NCBI GenBank assembly: GCA_963748015.1 | Contig: CAVVHE010000004.1 | Coordinates: 544,001 to 608,000 of the forward strand | Length of the DNA stretch: 64,000 bases | Direction of reading: 5' to 3' | From: Terriglobia bacterium | GTDB taxonomy: Bacteria; Acidobacteriota; Polarisedimenticolia; Polarisedimenticolales; JAIQFR01 | Part shown: positions 10,701 through 22,036 of the stretch, in pieces | How positions within the stretch are numbered: position 1 is the stretch's first letter | Layout of the letters: every line of letters starts with the position of its first letter | Notes under the pieces: model-generated | What the model was told of the DNA's origin: nothing | The model's database searches: none | What the model saw: only the letters and a program-made list of their open reading frames with translations | Made by a program: the position numbers and the translations under genes

Positions 10701-11339
10701 GAGGATCTCGACGCCGCGATCGCCGACCTCAAGCAGAAGCTCGATGCGATGGGACCGGTGAACCTCACCGCCATCGAGGAGTTCTCGGAGCTCGAGAAGC
10801 GGTACACGTTCCTGACCTCCCAGCAGAAGGACCTAGAGGAGTCCATGGAGTCCCTGCGGGAGACGATTCGACGGATCAACCGTCAGAGCCGCGAGCGCTT
10901 CGGCGAGGCGTTCGAGGCGATACGCGTCTCCTTCCAGGAGGTCTTCCGCTCCCTGTTCAACGGGGGCCGGGCGGACCTCTGGCTCGAGGAGGGCGAGGAG
11001 ATCCTGGAATCCGGCGTCGAGATCATGGTGCAGCCCCCCGGCAAGCGGCTCGGGAACGTCCACCTCCTCTCCGGCGGGGAGAAGGCGATGGCGGCGATCG
11101 CGCTGCTCTTCGCGATCTTCCGCTACCAGCCGTCTCCGTTCTGCCTCCTCGACGAGGTGGACGCAGCGCTCGACGACGTGAACGTCAACCGGTTCACCAA
11201 GATGCTGAAGGAGCATGCCGGACAGACGCAGTTCATCATGATCACGCACAACAAGCGATCCATGGAGACCGCGGACCTGCTCTACGGCGTGACCATGGAG
11301 GAGCCGGGAATCTCGAGGCTGGTCTCCCTGAAGCTCTGA
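7755..11339 (+). CDS. smc: Chromosome segregation protein SMC
   Basis: GFKSF, Walker A GPNGCGKSN, long coiled coils with hinge, LSGGE signature, LDEVDAALD; start placed at GTG 7755. Confidence 0.96.
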   Translation: MSQVKLDKIRISGFKSFSDHTEVAFPAGITAVVGPNGCGKSNIGDALNWVLGEQSARMLRGANMQDVIFNGSEARKPLGMAEVSIEMSGLNGTPDGAARDVVLTRRLFRNGESEYLVNGARARLKDIQEILREAHIGTQTYSTIEQGRIDQILNAKPKERRLLIEEAAGISGFKHKRRLAELKLEATQANLLRVGDIVAEVRRQINSLKRQAAKARRYQRLRDELRAKERVRFGARAKQMDEDLARLREEERAARTAEVEASAELARSEASLEADRLAVADAERMLREVTDRVHQLDLEIDREEARARSSRERIEEASSRIAQLEGEVGGLETRRVGAIEESRVHAESMEAERRELEDAAARLEERQAAVEQAETLLSGKRQRIDASRKKLFATMSEAAEARNRRRAIDEAIERAVERRSRLAVEREEAGTDLSRLHDEARRLGEDAEAHAGELDRLRDASAAAEKTLAEARDRVARDLESLAGARERAQSAAARLRTLEDVATRFAGVSDGVKLLLTSGPAAGVRSGGVVADFVEASREFEGPAEAYLHGILPAVVVDEDEDAVRAAELIRSQGSGRTFVLSRSQPAGRTVVGSRAGDSLPFPEELLRDPRVLGRLRDRLNLAASANGFVRDRIGDAVLVDRLESALELHRLYPEADYLTPQGEAVLASGLVAVGGKVASDHGLLAHNRRTHEAKGELAEAEARASALQTALDAARASASESEAEVERLRNATEAAGQRRVELLLLAERATGDRERMGRRAGVLAEELSSLEVESGRLAGELEAAALAVGACEDAQREVEQDLAAEASNLEEVERLLREQGEASAALRADVLVRRQRRSAMERERERLELALAEVESRLVSVREEIAAASARAAESGEILRSASEALGHHIAEREGLAAGAAASEAALADRRREVSERESSLRSLRGSLDVRREKSQAAELALASATADRRHLDDLCFQELGTSASDAAAAAVDELEAPAAEDLDAAIADLKQKLDAMGPVNLTAIEEFSELEKRYTFLTSQQKDLEESMESLRETIRRINRQSRERFGEAFEAIRVSFQEVFRSLFNGGRADLWLEEGEEILESGVEIMVQPPGKRLGNVHLLSGGEKAMAAIALLFAIFRYQPSPFCLLDEVDAALDDVNVNRFTKMLKEHAGQTQFIMITHNKRSMETADLLYGVTMEEPGISRLVSLKL

Positions 11340-11351
11340 CCGGGCGAGAGG

Positions 11352-12311
11352 TCAGCGAGGCGTCGGAGCGGCCGCGGGCTCCGGCTCGAACCGGATCTCG
11401 AGGGCGGCGCGGCCCTTGTCGAGTCGTTCCTCGAGCACCGCCGCGAGCGAGAGCCCCTCGGCTCCGGCAACCACCCCGTCCTTCCTCGCCTCGACGAGCA
11501 GGAGGAATCGTTCTCCGACCCGGACCGCGACGCCGACGATCAGGTCGTGCGCGATCCCGGGCTCCACGTCCGCGCGAAGCTCGACGGGAAGCGTCAGCAC
11601 CAGCACCTCCGGCTCGGGGCCCGGCGGACGTCCCCCCGGGGGAGACGGCGCCTTCTTGGAGCCCGGGGTCGCCTTCGAAGCGGGTGCTCGGGACGCTCCC
11701 GTTTTGAAGTCGAGGATCTGGTGCCGGGGGACCGAGACGAAGTCCCGGCCGAGCGGGGACTTCATGCGCCACTGGTCGGGAACGTGGTCCTGCGTGCGGC
11801 AGGCGAGGAAGACCGCGAGATCGGTCACGTTGCGCTCGTCGTCGGACGGTCCGACCTGAAGCACCTTCGCCGTGGCCTCGTCGAGCTTCGCGGGAAAAAC
11901 GAGGTCCGCCGCCTCGCGGCCGCGCGGCGCGGAACGAACGGCCACGACGAGCGCGACCTTGCCCTCGGCGGGAGGAGCCGGCGCCTCCGCATCGGCGGAC
12001 TTCGCGGGGAGGCGCGCTCGATCCACCTCCGCCTGGCGCGCGGACATCGCGGAGAGGACCGCGTCCGGGACCCCCGCCAGCCGGAGCTCCTGCTTCATCT
12101 CGTCCGACAGGTCGAACGCCGTATCCGCCGCTCGGATCTTGGCGAGCACTTCCGCGGGCGGCACGCCCGCCACGAGAAGCCGCACCACGTCGTCGTTGCG
12201 GAGGGGGCGGGCCGGCGAGGGCTCGACCGCGAGAACGGCAGCGGCCGCGGCAAGGGCCAGCGCGGCGAAGACGACGGCGGCGGAGACGACGGCGGCGGTG
12301 CTGGCTCTCAA
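11352..12311 (-). CDS. Exported hypothetical protein
   Basis: TTG start with long Ala/Val signal-like segment, then small helical domain LRNDDVVRLLVAGVP...AGVPDAVLSAM; start uncertain. Confidence 0.65.
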   Translation of the reverse strand: MRASTAAVVSAAVVFAALALAAAAAVLAVEPSPARPLRNDDVVRLLVAGVPPAEVLAKIRAADTAFDLSDEMKQELRLAGVPDAVLSAMSARQAEVDRARLPAKSADAEAPAPPAEGKVALVVAVRSAPRGREAADLVFPAKLDEATAKVLQVGPSDDERNVTDLAVFLACRTQDHVPDQWRMKSPLGRDFVSVPRHQILDFKTGASRAPASKATPGSKKAPSPPGGRPPGPEPEVLVLTLPVELRADVEPGIAHDLIVGVAVRVGERFLLLVEARKDGVVAGAEGLSLAAVLEERLDKGRAALEIRFEPEPAAAPTPR

Positions 12312-12325
12312 GGCTCGACCTCGAC

Positions 12326-13090
12326 TCAGCCCTCTATATCCAGGACCAGACCATCGTACGCCAGCTCGACGCCGGACGGCAGCCCGGCCGAGACGCGGGT
12401 GTGGAGGAGATCGTGCGCGATGTGGGTGAGAAAGGTCCGGCGCGCCCCGACGAGCCGTGATTCCTCGATCGCCCGCGCGAGATGCATGTGGGTCGGGTGC
12501 GGATCCTCTCGGGGCGCCGCGAGGACCAGTGTGTCGAGATCGCGAAGCAGCGGGCGGGACGCCTCCGGGATCTCGCTCGCGTCGGTCAGGTAGGCGAGCC
12601 CTCCGATGCGGTATCCGAGGATCGGAAGCCTTCCGTGCAGCACGGGAACGGGAAGAACGGTGCGCCCGAGGAGCTCGAACGGTCCGTCCACGGCTCGCGG
12701 CGTGACCGCGGGCTTCCCCGCCCCCACCTGGACGTGCTCGAAGACGTACCAGAACGTCCGCGACAGGTCCCGAAGGGTCTCGGCGGACCCGTAGGCGGGA
12801 ATCGGCGCGTGCTGGATCCAGTTGAACACGCGCAGGTCGTCGAGTCCGAGGACGTGATCGGCGTGAGCGTGCGTGTAGAGCACGGCGTCGACGCGGCGAA
12901 TCCCGTGAGCGAGCGCCTGCTCCCTCAGGTCGGTCGAGGTGTCCACGAGGATGCTCGCGTCTCCCCACTCGATGCGGATCGATGGCCGGAGCCTCCGGTC
13001 GCGCGGATCCGGCGACCGGCACACCTCGCACCCGCACCCGATGACCGGCACCCCCGTCGACGTGCCGCTTCCCAAGAAAGTGACCTTCAT
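12326..13090 (-). CDS. MBL-fold metallo-hydrolase, PhnP-like phosphodiesterase
   Basis: LGSGTSTGVPVIGCGCEVC, THAHADHVLGLDD, YLTD, THIAH motifs. Confidence 0.92.
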   Translation of the reverse strand: MKVTFLGSGTSTGVPVIGCGCEVCRSPDPRDRRLRPSIRIEWGDASILVDTSTDLREQALAHGIRRVDAVLYTHAHADHVLGLDDLRVFNWIQHAPIPAYGSAETLRDLSRTFWYVFEHVQVGAGKPAVTPRAVDGPFELLGRTVLPVPVLHGRLPILGYRIGGLAYLTDASEIPEASRPLLRDLDTLVLAAPREDPHPTHMHLARAIEESRLVGARRTFLTHIAHDLLHTRVSAGLPSGVELAYDGLVLDIEG

Positions 13091-13155
13091 GCCGTCAGCA
13101 CTCCCTCGTTCTCGCCGCCCCACACTCGAATGTACCTCCCGGGGCACTCTACCTG

Positions 13156-13315
13156 CGTCCACGCGGCCGGCACGAGAGTACCCCTCCTGGGCCCTCTTTC
13201 GCCCGCGGAGGACCCACCGGACCGGAGCGGGCGAAAGCGGAGCGACCGAGGCCGACGCAACGTCGGCCGAGGGAGCGTGCCCAGGAGGGGTACTCTCGTG
13301 CCGGCCGCGTGGACG
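13156..13315 (-). repeat. 160-bp structured intergenic element (copy 1) with perfect 37-bp terminal inverted repeats and two internal hairpins
   Basis: 13156-13192 CGTCCACGCGGCCGGCACGAGAGTACCCCTCCTGGGC is the exact reverse complement of 13279-13315; internal stems CTTTCGCCCGC/GCGGGCGAAAG and GGCCGACG/CGTCGGCC. Confidence 0.9.
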
Positions 13316-13333
13316 GGGCAGCGGGGGCTCGTA

Positions 13334-14434
13334 TCAGAGCTTCAGCCCGGAGCCGGTGAGGGCGACGACGAGGTCGCCGTAGCGCCGCCGCAGGACGTCT
13401 CCGAGGCGAAGGACGCAGGCGGCCGCCACCGCTCCCGTGCTCTCCACCGCGTACCCCTTGTGCCACAGGACCCGGCGCGCCCCAGCGATCTCGTCCTCGG
13501 TCACGGCCTCGACCGTGCCGCCGCTCTCCCTGACGGCGGTCAGGACCTCGGCCCCCCGCGGGGGAGCGCAGACCCTCACGCCGTCGGCCGCGGTGTCCGC
13601 CTCGGGCACCGGAGCGGGAGCCGGTGCGCCCGCGGCGAACGCGTGCGCGAGCGGCGCGCACGCCGCGGCCTGGACGGCGACGATCGCCGGCCGCCGGTCG
13701 ATCAGGCCGTGGCGCCTGAGCTCGCGGAATCCGAGGTCGAGGCCGAGAACCAGGCCGCCGTTGCCCGCCGGGACGATGACGGCACCGGGCGCCGCCCACC
13801 GCAGCGCCTCCGAGAGCGAGTACGCGAAGGTCTTGACCCCGTGGACGAAGAACGGGCTCCACGCATGGCTGGCGTAGAAGGCGCCTCCCGCGGCCTCCGC
13901 GAGAGCGGCGGCGGCGGCGCCGGCGCGCCCACCGGGGACGCGTATCACCTCGGCGCCCAGCTCCGCGGCGATCCTGGGCTTGACCGGCGGCGCGTCGTCC
14001 GGAAGGAGCAGCCGGGCCTTCAACCCGGCCCGCGCGGCGTGCGCGGCCAGCGCGATGCCCGCGTTGCCGCTGGTGTCGTCCACCAGGAGCGGCGCGTCAA
14101 GCGCCGCGGCGAGCGAAACGAGCAGCGAAGCGCCCCGGTCCTTGTAGGAGCCCGTGGGCGACACGTACTCGAGGGCGAGGTGGACCGGCGTGTCGCCGAG
14201 GACGTCGTCGACGACCGGCGCGACCCCCTCGCCGAGGGTGACGGGGGCCAGCTCGTCCGCGAGCGGGAGCGCCTCGCGGTACCTCCAGATGCCGAGGGGG
14301 CGGCGGGGGAGCGCATCGCGGTCGATCGGCTCGCTCTCGAAATCGAGGGCCAGAGGCGCCCCGCAGTCGCAGCGGAAACGGTCGAGAGTGATCGCGTGCC
14401 GGGCCCGGCACGTCGCGCACACGTAGCCGGTCAT
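13334..14434 (-). CDS. Threonine synthase-like PLP-dependent enzyme (fold type II) with N-terminal Zn ribbon
   Basis: CATC..CDCG Zn ribbon, [12 protein letters not shown]-lysine motif, SGNAG, PAGNGG, LTGSGLK. Confidence 0.85.
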   Translation of the reverse strand: MTGYVCATCRARHAITLDRFRCDCGAPLALDFESEPIDRDALPRRPLGIWRYREALPLADELAPVTLGEGVAPVVDDVLGDTPVHLALEYVSPTGSYKDRGASLLVSLAAALDAPLLVDDTSGNAGIALAAHAARAGLKARLLLPDDAPPVKPRIAAELGAEVIRVPGGRAGAAAAALAEAAGGAFYASHAWSPFFVHGVKTFAYSLSEALRWAAPGAVIVPAGNGGLVLGLDLGFRELRRHGLIDRRPAIVAVQAAACAPLAHAFAAGAPAPAPVPEADTAADGVRVCAPPRGAEVLTAVRESGGTVEAVTEDEIAGARRVLWHKGYAVESTGAVAAACVLRLGDVLRRRYGDLVVALTGSGLKL

Positions 14435-15153
14435 CGCGCGCCCCCCAAGGCGATCTCGCGAGCGATCTCGTCCGCGGCCGCCGCGGGGTCGGGAGCGCGG
14501 GTGATCGGCCGCCCGACCACGATCCGGTCGGCTCCGTCCGCCACCGCGCCCGCCGGGGTCGCGGTTCGCGCCTGGTCGTCGCCCGACGCGCCCGCGGGGC
14601 GGATCCCCGGGACCACGAGCGCGCCCGAAGGGAACTCGCGCCTGACGGCCGCGACCTCGAGAGGCGAGCACACGACGCCTCCCGCCCCGGCGTCCCGCGC
14701 GAGGGCCGCGAGCCTCAGGACCGCCGCCGAGGCGGGCCCCGCGAGGCCGAGGGCGGCGAGGTCCTCCTCTCCGTGACTCGTGAGGATCGTCACCGCGAGG
14801 ATCGTGGGAGGTACTACGCCCGCGGCCGCCGCCCCCTCGCGAGAGGCCTCGCAGGCCGCGCGCATCATCGCCGCCCCGCCGAGGGCGTGGACGGTCAGGA
14901 AGGAGACGCCTAGCCGCGCCGCGGCCCGGGCCGCCCCCGCCACCGTGTTCGGTATGTCGTGGAGCTTGAGATCGAGGAAGACGGGAAGCCCTTCGCCCCG
15001 AACGCTTTCCACGAGGGACGGGCCGCACGCGACGAAGGCCTCGAGACCGACCTTGAACCCTCCGACGCGACCCGCGAGGGCGCGGGCGAGCGCGAGCACC
15101 CGGGCGGGGTCGGGCGTGTCCAGGGCCACGAGAATCCTCTCGCGCGGCGTCAT
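14431..15153 (-). CDS. pyrF: Orotidine-5'-phosphate decarboxylase
   Basis: [33 protein letters not shown] motifs. Confidence 0.97.
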   Translation of the reverse strand: MTPRERILVALDTPDPARVLALARALAGRVGGFKVGLEAFVACGPSLVESVRGEGLPVFLDLKLHDIPNTVAGAARAAARLGVSFLTVHALGGAAMMRAACEASREGAAAAGVVPPTILAVTILTSHGEEDLAALGLAGPASAAVLRLAALARDAGAGGVVCSPLEVAAVRREFPSGALVVPGIRPAGASGDDQARTATPAGAVADGADRIVVGRPITRAPDPAAAADEIAREIALGGAR

Positions 15154-16082
15154 CGCTCCTCCTCCCTTCCCGTGCGCAGCGTCCCGACGAGTTCTCGAAC
15201 CGTCTCGATGCCGCGCTCGGAGAGATACTCCGCGAGGCCCCGCGCCACGCGGACCGCGGCGTCCGGGTGGATGAAGTTGGCGGTGCCGACCTGGACGGCG
15301 GTCGCCCCGGCGAGGACGAACTCCAGCGCGTCGCGCGCCGTCATGATCCCGCCCATTCCGATCACGGGGATGCGAACCGCGCGCGAGACCTGCCAGGTCG
15401 CCCAGACCGCGAGCGGCCGGATCGCGGGTCCGGAGAGCCCCCCGGAGACGTTGGCCAGCACGGGCCGCCGCCGGTCCACGTCCACCGCCATGCCGACGTA
15501 GGTGTTGACGAGCGAGACTGCATCCGCGCCCTGGGCCTCGGCCGCGCGAGCCGTCTCGCGGATGTCGGTGACGTTGGGGGACAGCTTCACGATGAGCGGG
15601 AGGCGGGTGGATTCGCGGCAGGCCCGCGTGACGCGGGCGAGCGCCGCGGGATCGCTGCCGAACGCCATCCCTCCCGCCTCCACGTTGGGGCAGGAGACGT
15701 TGAGCTCGATCGCGGCCACGCCCTGCGCGCCGTCGATCTTCTCGCAGACCTCGACGTACTCCGCGATCGTCTCGCCGAACACGTTGGCGACGACCGCGAC
15801 GTCGTGCTTTCGAAGCGCGGGGAGCTTCTCGGCGATGAACGCGTCCACGCCCACGTTCTGGAGGCCGATCGCGTTGAGCATCCCCGCGGGGGTCTCGACG
15901 ATTCGCTCGGGGCGGTTGCCCGGGCGCGGCCTGGGGGAGAGCCCCTTCACGACGATGCCTCCGAGGTCGGAGAGCTCGAGGAAGGGGAGGAACTCGAGAC
16001 CGTAGCCGAAGGTCCCCGACGCGGTGAGGACCGGGTTCTTGAGCTCGAGCGGCCCGATCGCGACGGAAAGGTCCGGCGTCAC
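15150..16082 (-). CDS. pyrD: Dihydroorotate dehydrogenase B, catalytic subunit
   Basis: [43 protein letters not shown] start overlapping pyrK stop. Confidence 0.95.
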   Translation of the reverse strand: MTPDLSVAIGPLELKNPVLTASGTFGYGLEFLPFLELSDLGGIVVKGLSPRPRPGNRPERIVETPAGMLNAIGLQNVGVDAFIAEKLPALRKHDVAVVANVFGETIAEYVEVCEKIDGAQGVAAIELNVSCPNVEAGGMAFGSDPAALARVTRACRESTRLPLIVKLSPNVTDIRETARAAEAQGADAVSLVNTYVGMAVDVDRRRPVLANVSGGLSGPAIRPLAVWATWQVSRAVRIPVIGMGGIMTARDALEFVLAGATAVQVGTANFIHPDAAVRVARGLAEYLSERGIETVRELVGTLRTGREEER

Positions 16083-16885
16083 CACGCGAGCTTCTCCGCG
16101 GGCATCACCGGTCCTTCGACGCACACCCGCTCGAAGACCGCTCCCTCGCCGCAGGCGGCGTGCGTCGGGACCACGCACCCGAGACAGACCCCGAAGCCGC
16201 AGGCCATGTGGGCCTCGAGGGAGAGGTCGCACGGGATCTCGCGCGCTCTCGCGAGCGCGCTCACGGCCTTGAGCATGGGGTTGGGGCCGCAGGCGAAGAT
16301 CTTCACCGGGGCGGAGCCGCCGAGCAGCTCCTCGAGCGGTGCCGTCACGAGACCGCGCCGTCCGGCGCTCCCGTCCTCGGTCGCGACCACGACGGCGTCG
16401 CAGCGCTCTCGGAACCAGTCGAGGAGGGGGAGATCGCCCGCGGTACGGGCGCCGTAGACCAGCGTGCAAGCCAGTCCGCGCGCGCCGAGCGCGGCCGCGA
16501 GCGCTGGAAACGGGGCCGAGCCGATCCCTCCCGCGACGAGCAGCGGCCGGACCCCCGGCGCGAGATCGAGGTCGAAACCGCGCCCCAACGGGCCGAGCGC
16601 CGTGAGCGGCGCTCCCGGCTTGAGGGACGACATCAGGGCCGTGCCCCGGCCGACGACCTTGTAGAGCACCTGGACGCTCCCGTCCGGCGAGCCGGGGAAG
16701 GTGCCGGGGAGGCCGCAGACGCTGAACGGGCGGCGGAGGAGGACCTCGGCTCCCGGGATCCCGATCATGAAGAACTGCCCGGGGGTCATCCCGGACGCGG
16801 CGGCGGGGGCGAGGAACTCCAGGAGGAAATGGCCACGGCCGAGGTCGAGGTTGCTGGCGACGACCGTGGCGATGTCCTGTGGCAT
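16079..16885 (-). CDS. pyrK: Dihydroorotate dehydrogenase electron transfer subunit
   Basis: [39 protein letters not shown] and C-terminal VCVEGPV (2Fe-2S). Confidence 0.93.
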   Translation of the reverse strand: MPQDIATVVASNLDLGRGHFLLEFLAPAAASGMTPGQFFMIGIPGAEVLLRRPFSVCGLPGTFPGSPDGSVQVLYKVVGRGTALMSSLKPGAPLTALGPLGRGFDLDLAPGVRPLLVAGGIGSAPFPALAAALGARGLACTLVYGARTAGDLPLLDWFRERCDAVVVATEDGSAGRRGLVTAPLEELLGGSAPVKIFACGPNPMLKAVSALARAREIPCDLSLEAHMACGFGVCLGCVVPTHAACGEGAVFERVCVEGPVMPAEKLAW

Positions 16886-16907
16886 CCGTTTTCCCCGTGA
16901 AACGCGA

Positions 16908-16936
16908 AGCATAGACAAACGCGCGATGTCGGTCAA
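16908..16936 (-). promoter_or_regulatory. Putative sigma-70 promoter for the pyrK operon
   Basis: Minus strand TTGACC-17 bp-TATGCT. Confidence 0.65.
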
Positions 16937-16938
16937 CG

Positions 16939-17027
16939 CCGAGGCGGGCGGACGAGACGGATCCGGTTCTCGCCGACCCGAGAAAGGGTCGTCTACGAAC
17001 CGGATCCGTCTCGTCCGCCCGCCTCGG
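16939..17027. repeat. Perfect 31-bp inverted repeat with internal hairpin between the divergent pyr promoters
   Basis: CCGAGGCGGGCGGACGAGACGGATCCGGTTC (16939-16969) is the exact reverse complement of 16997-17027; inner CGACCC-GAGAAA-GGGTCG. Confidence 0.9.
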
Positions 17028-17055
17028 GACGCAGGCCGGCGCGGGCGAGCGATTC

Positions 17056-18642
<1,587 letters not shown>

Positions 18643-18659
<17 letters not shown>

Positions 18660-19917
18660 GAACGGCCGGGTCGTGGATCCCGCCGCGGGACTGGACGACG
18701 CGCTGGACGTCCTGGTGGAGGACGGCAAGGTTTCCCGAATCGGGACGAGGATCCCCGCGCGCGGGGCCGAGGTGCTCGATCTGAGCGGGCTCGTGGTCTG
18801 CCCGGGTTTCATCGACCTGCACGTCCACCTGCGGGAGCCGGGACAAGAGTGGAAGGAGACGGTCGCGACCGGGACCGCGGCCGCGGCGGCGGGAGGGTTC
18901 ACCGGCGTCGCCTGCATGCCGAATACCGTCCCGCCGAACGACAACCGTTCGGTGACCGAGTTCATCGTCTCCCAGGCGAACGGCGCCGCGGCCCGCGTCT
19001 ACCCGATCGGATGCGTGAGCAAGGGGCAGAAGGGCGAGGAACTGGCCGAGATGGGGGACATGGTCGCCGCCGGCGCCCGCGCGTTCTCCGACGACGGCCG
19101 CCCGGTCGTCTCGAGCGTCCTCATGCGCCGCGCCCTGGAGTACTCGAGGATCTTCGACGTTCCGATCATCGACCACTGCGAGGATCCGTCCCTCGTCTCC
19201 GGAGGGGTCGTTCACGAGGGCGAGACATCGACCCGCCTCGGCCTCAAGGGATGGCCGGGGGTCGCCGAGGATCTGATGATCCAGCGCGACCTCCTGCTGG
19301 CCGAGTACACCGGAGGCCACGTCCACATCGCCCACCTGTCCACCGCGCGCGGGGCCGAGTTCGTGCGGCGCGCCAAGAAGGCGACGCTCCCGGTGACGTG
19401 CGAGGTCACGCCGCACCACCTCGTCCTCACGGATGCGGCGGTGGCCGACTTCGACACCAACGCCAAGATGAACCCCCCGCTCCGGGCCGAGACAGACCGG
19501 CGCGCGCTGCTTCGCGCCCTCGCCGACGGGACGGTGGACGCGATCGCGACCGACCACGCGCCGCACCACGTGGACGAGAAGACGGTGGAGTTCTCCCGCG
19601 CGCCGTTCGGCATCGTGGGTCTCGAGACCGCCGTCCCGATCTGCCTGGACAAGCTGGTGCGGGGGGGCGTCATCGGCCTCTCGAGGCTCGTGGAGCTGCT
19701 CGCCTCCGGGCCGGCGAGGATCCTGAGGATCGATCGCGGGACGCTGCGGCCGGGCGCCGACGCCGACGTGACCGTGCTGGACCTCGAGCGGCGGGTCGTC
19801 GTCGACCCCGCGAAGTTCCGCTCGAAGAGCCGGAACACCCCGTTCGCCGGGTGGAGCCTGCGGGGAGCCGCGGTGATGACGCTGGTCGGCGGCAGGATCG
19901 TCCACGACGCAAGGTGA
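18643..19917 (+). CDS. pyrC: Dihydroorotase (type I)
   Basis: [32 protein letters not shown]. Confidence 0.96.
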
Positions 19918-20801
19918 TGCAGGCGAAGCCCCGGCGGGTTCTGGTCGTCGCCAATCCCGCCGCGGGTCTGAGGCGGGGACGGGACGCCGGCGAGGTCGCC
20001 GCGCGTGCCGTGCGCCGCGCGGGTGCGGCTCTCGAGCTGGCGCGGACCCGGGGACCGGGAGACGCGAGGATCCTGGCGGCGGAGGCGGCCGCGGCCGGGT
20101 TCGACATGGTGCTCGCGGCGGGAGGGGACGGCACCGCCCACGAGGTGGCCAACGGGATCGCCGGCACGCGGGTCGTGCTCGCCGTCGCGCCGGCCGGCAC
20201 GATGAACCTGCTCGCGCGCGTCCTCCGCGTTCCTCTCGATCCGGGACTCGCGGCGGAGGTCGCGGTCCTCGGCGGGCGGAGGCTGGTCACGAAGCCGGGC
20301 CGGGCCGGGGAGACGCTGTTCCTGCTCATGGCCGGCGTGGGGTTCGACGCGTGGGTCCTGCGCGAGCTGCTCGCCGGCAGGCGGGGGAAGATCAGGTTCC
20401 GGGACTACGTCCTCGGCGGCCTTCGCGGCCTCGGGACCTATCCGTTTCCCCGGATCCGTTTCGAGATGCCGGGGGAGACGGTCGAGGCCCGGGCGGCGAT
20501 CGTCGGACGCGCACCGCTGTACGGAGGGTTCCTCCGACCGACCCCGCGAGCCTCGCTCGAGCGCGACGTCCTCGACGCCTGCCTGCTCGGGGCACGATCG
20601 GCGGGAGAGCTCCTCCGCCTGCTGCCCGCGCTCTGGTCCGGGGCCCACGTCGGCCGTTCCGGGGTGTCCGACCGCCTCGTGACCCGGCTTCGCGCGAGCT
20701 CGGACCACGAGGACGTTCCGGTCCAGCTCGACGGAGAGCCGGCCGGCAAGCTGCCCGTAGAATTCTCCCTTTCGGAGCGGGCCCTGACGCTGGCCTGCTG
20801 A
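19917..20801 (+). CDS. Diacylglycerol/lipid kinase family protein (YegS/BmrU-like)
   Basis: ANPAAG, GGDGT, PAGTMNLLA, QLDGE motifs; ATG overlaps pyrC stop. Confidence 0.88.
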   Translation: MQAKPRRVLVVANPAAGLRRGRDAGEVAARAVRRAGAALELARTRGPGDARILAAEAAAAGFDMVLAAGGDGTAHEVANGIAGTRVVLAVAPAGTMNLLARVLRVPLDPGLAAEVAVLGGRRLVTKPGRAGETLFLLMAGVGFDAWVLRELLAGRRGKIRFRDYVLGGLRGLGTYPFPRIRFEMPGETVEARAAIVGRAPLYGGFLRPTPRASLERDVLDACLLGARSAGELLRLLPALWSGAHVGRSGVSDRLVTRLRASSDHEDVPVQLDGEPAGKLPVEFSLSERALTLAC

Positions 20802-20927
20802 AGAGCAGTTGACACGGCGCGGACATTCTGCTTTTTCTTTCGTCACTCCGGCGCCGTGCGGAAGTGGGCGGGAATTTCCCCGCCGGAGCGTGGAGAGCAC
20901 GGGGCTGCGCGCCCTCGCGAGGTTGCC

Positions 20928-21830
20928 ATGACGTCATCGGCCAGAGAAACCGTCTTCGAGACCCATCTTCCCGGCGTCGCGCTGAGAGGACGGGGAAAGG
21001 TCCGCGACATCTACGATCTGGGCGACGCGCTGCTGATCGTGGCGACCGACCGCCTCTCCGCCTTCGACTACGTGCTGCCGAATCCGATCCCGGACAAGGG
21101 ACGGGTCCTGAACCAGGTTTCCCTGTTCTGGTTCGAGAAGACCGCCGGGGTGATCCCGAACCACGTGATCACCGCCGACCCCGCCGCGTTCCCCGAGCCG
21201 CTCCGGCCGCACGCCCGCACGCTGGCCGGCCGCTCGACGCTGGTGCGCAAGCTCGACATGGTTCCCGTGGAGTGCGTCGCCCGGGGCTACCTGGCCGGGT
21301 CGGGGTGGAAGGAGTATCGCGAGAACGGCACGGTCTGCGGGATCCCGCTTCCGCCCGGGCTCCGCGAGTCGGACCGCCTGGCGGAGCCGATCTTCACGCC
21401 GGCCACCAAGGCCGAGAGCGGCCACGACGAGAACATCCCGTTCGCCGAGGTCGAGCGACTCGTGGGGCGCGACCTCGCGCGCGACCTGCGGGACCGGACG
21501 CTCGAGATCTACCGCTCGGCGGCGGCCTACGCGATCGAGCGCGGCATCATCATCGCGGACACGAAGTTCGAGTTCGGCCTCGCCGGCGGCAAGCTCGTGC
21601 TCGCCGACGAGATGCTGACCCCCGATTCCTCCCGCTTCTGGCCGGCGTCCACCTACGCGCCGGGACGCGCGCAGCCGTCGCTCGACAAGCAGTTCGTGAG
21701 GGACTATCTCGAGTCCATCGGCTGGGACAAGCAGCCGCCGGTTCCCGAGCTGCCGCCGCACGTCGTGACCGGCCTTCGCGAGCGTTACCTCGAGATCTTC
21801 CGGATCCTGACGGGCCGCGACCTAGCCTGA
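20928..21830 (+). CDS. purC: Phosphoribosylaminoimidazolesuccinocarboxamide synthase
   Basis: GKVRDIY, TDRLSAFD, ECVARGY, DTKFEFG, DEMLTPDSSRFW, DKQFVRD. Confidence 0.97.
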   Translation: MTSSARETVFETHLPGVALRGRGKVRDIYDLGDALLIVATDRLSAFDYVLPNPIPDKGRVLNQVSLFWFEKTAGVIPNHVITADPAAFPEPLRPHARTLAGRSTLVRKLDMVPVECVARGYLAGSGWKEYRENGTVCGIPLPPGLRESDRLAEPIFTPATKAESGHDENIPFAEVERLVGRDLARDLRDRTLEIYRSAAAYAIERGIIIADTKFEFGLAGGKLVLADEMLTPDSSRFWPASTYAPGRAQPSLDKQFVRDYLESIGWDKQPPVPELPPHVVTGLRERYLEIFRILTGRDLA

Positions 21831-21854
21831 CTAGTCTCTCGCCTCATGTCGGGG

Positions 21855-22013
21855 CGCGCGTCCAGGGGGGGCGGGCCATCCCTCCCCGGGCACGCTCGCC
21901 GTTCTGCGATTCGCCGCAGCGGCTCGCTCCGTTCCGTTCGCGCCTGCCAAGGAAGAGCAGGCGCGAACTCCACAGGGCCCGGGGAGGGACGGCCCGCCCC
22001 CCCTGGACGCGCG
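21855..22013 (+). repeat. 159-bp structured intergenic element (copy 2) with 37-bp terminal inverted repeats (1 mismatch) and two internal hairpins
   Basis: 21855-21891 pairs with 21977-22013 at 36/37 positions; internal stem GTTCGCGCCTGC/GCAGGCGCGAAC and bulged stem GCCG-CTGCG/CGCAG-CGGC. Confidence 0.88.
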
Positions 22014-22036
22014 GGTGCGGAGATCGAACGGGTCGC

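Noticed and set aside
7755..11339. SMC as part of a Wadjet/MksBEF defence system
   Set aside because: Canonical housekeeping SMC sequence with no jetA/B/D-like neighbours
20802..20927. Possible purine-related riboswitch upstream of purC (stem CTCCGGCG/CGCCGGAG)
   Set aside because: I could not match the conserved cores of purine, ZTP or PRPP riboswitches and there is no expression platform; an Rfam scan would settle it
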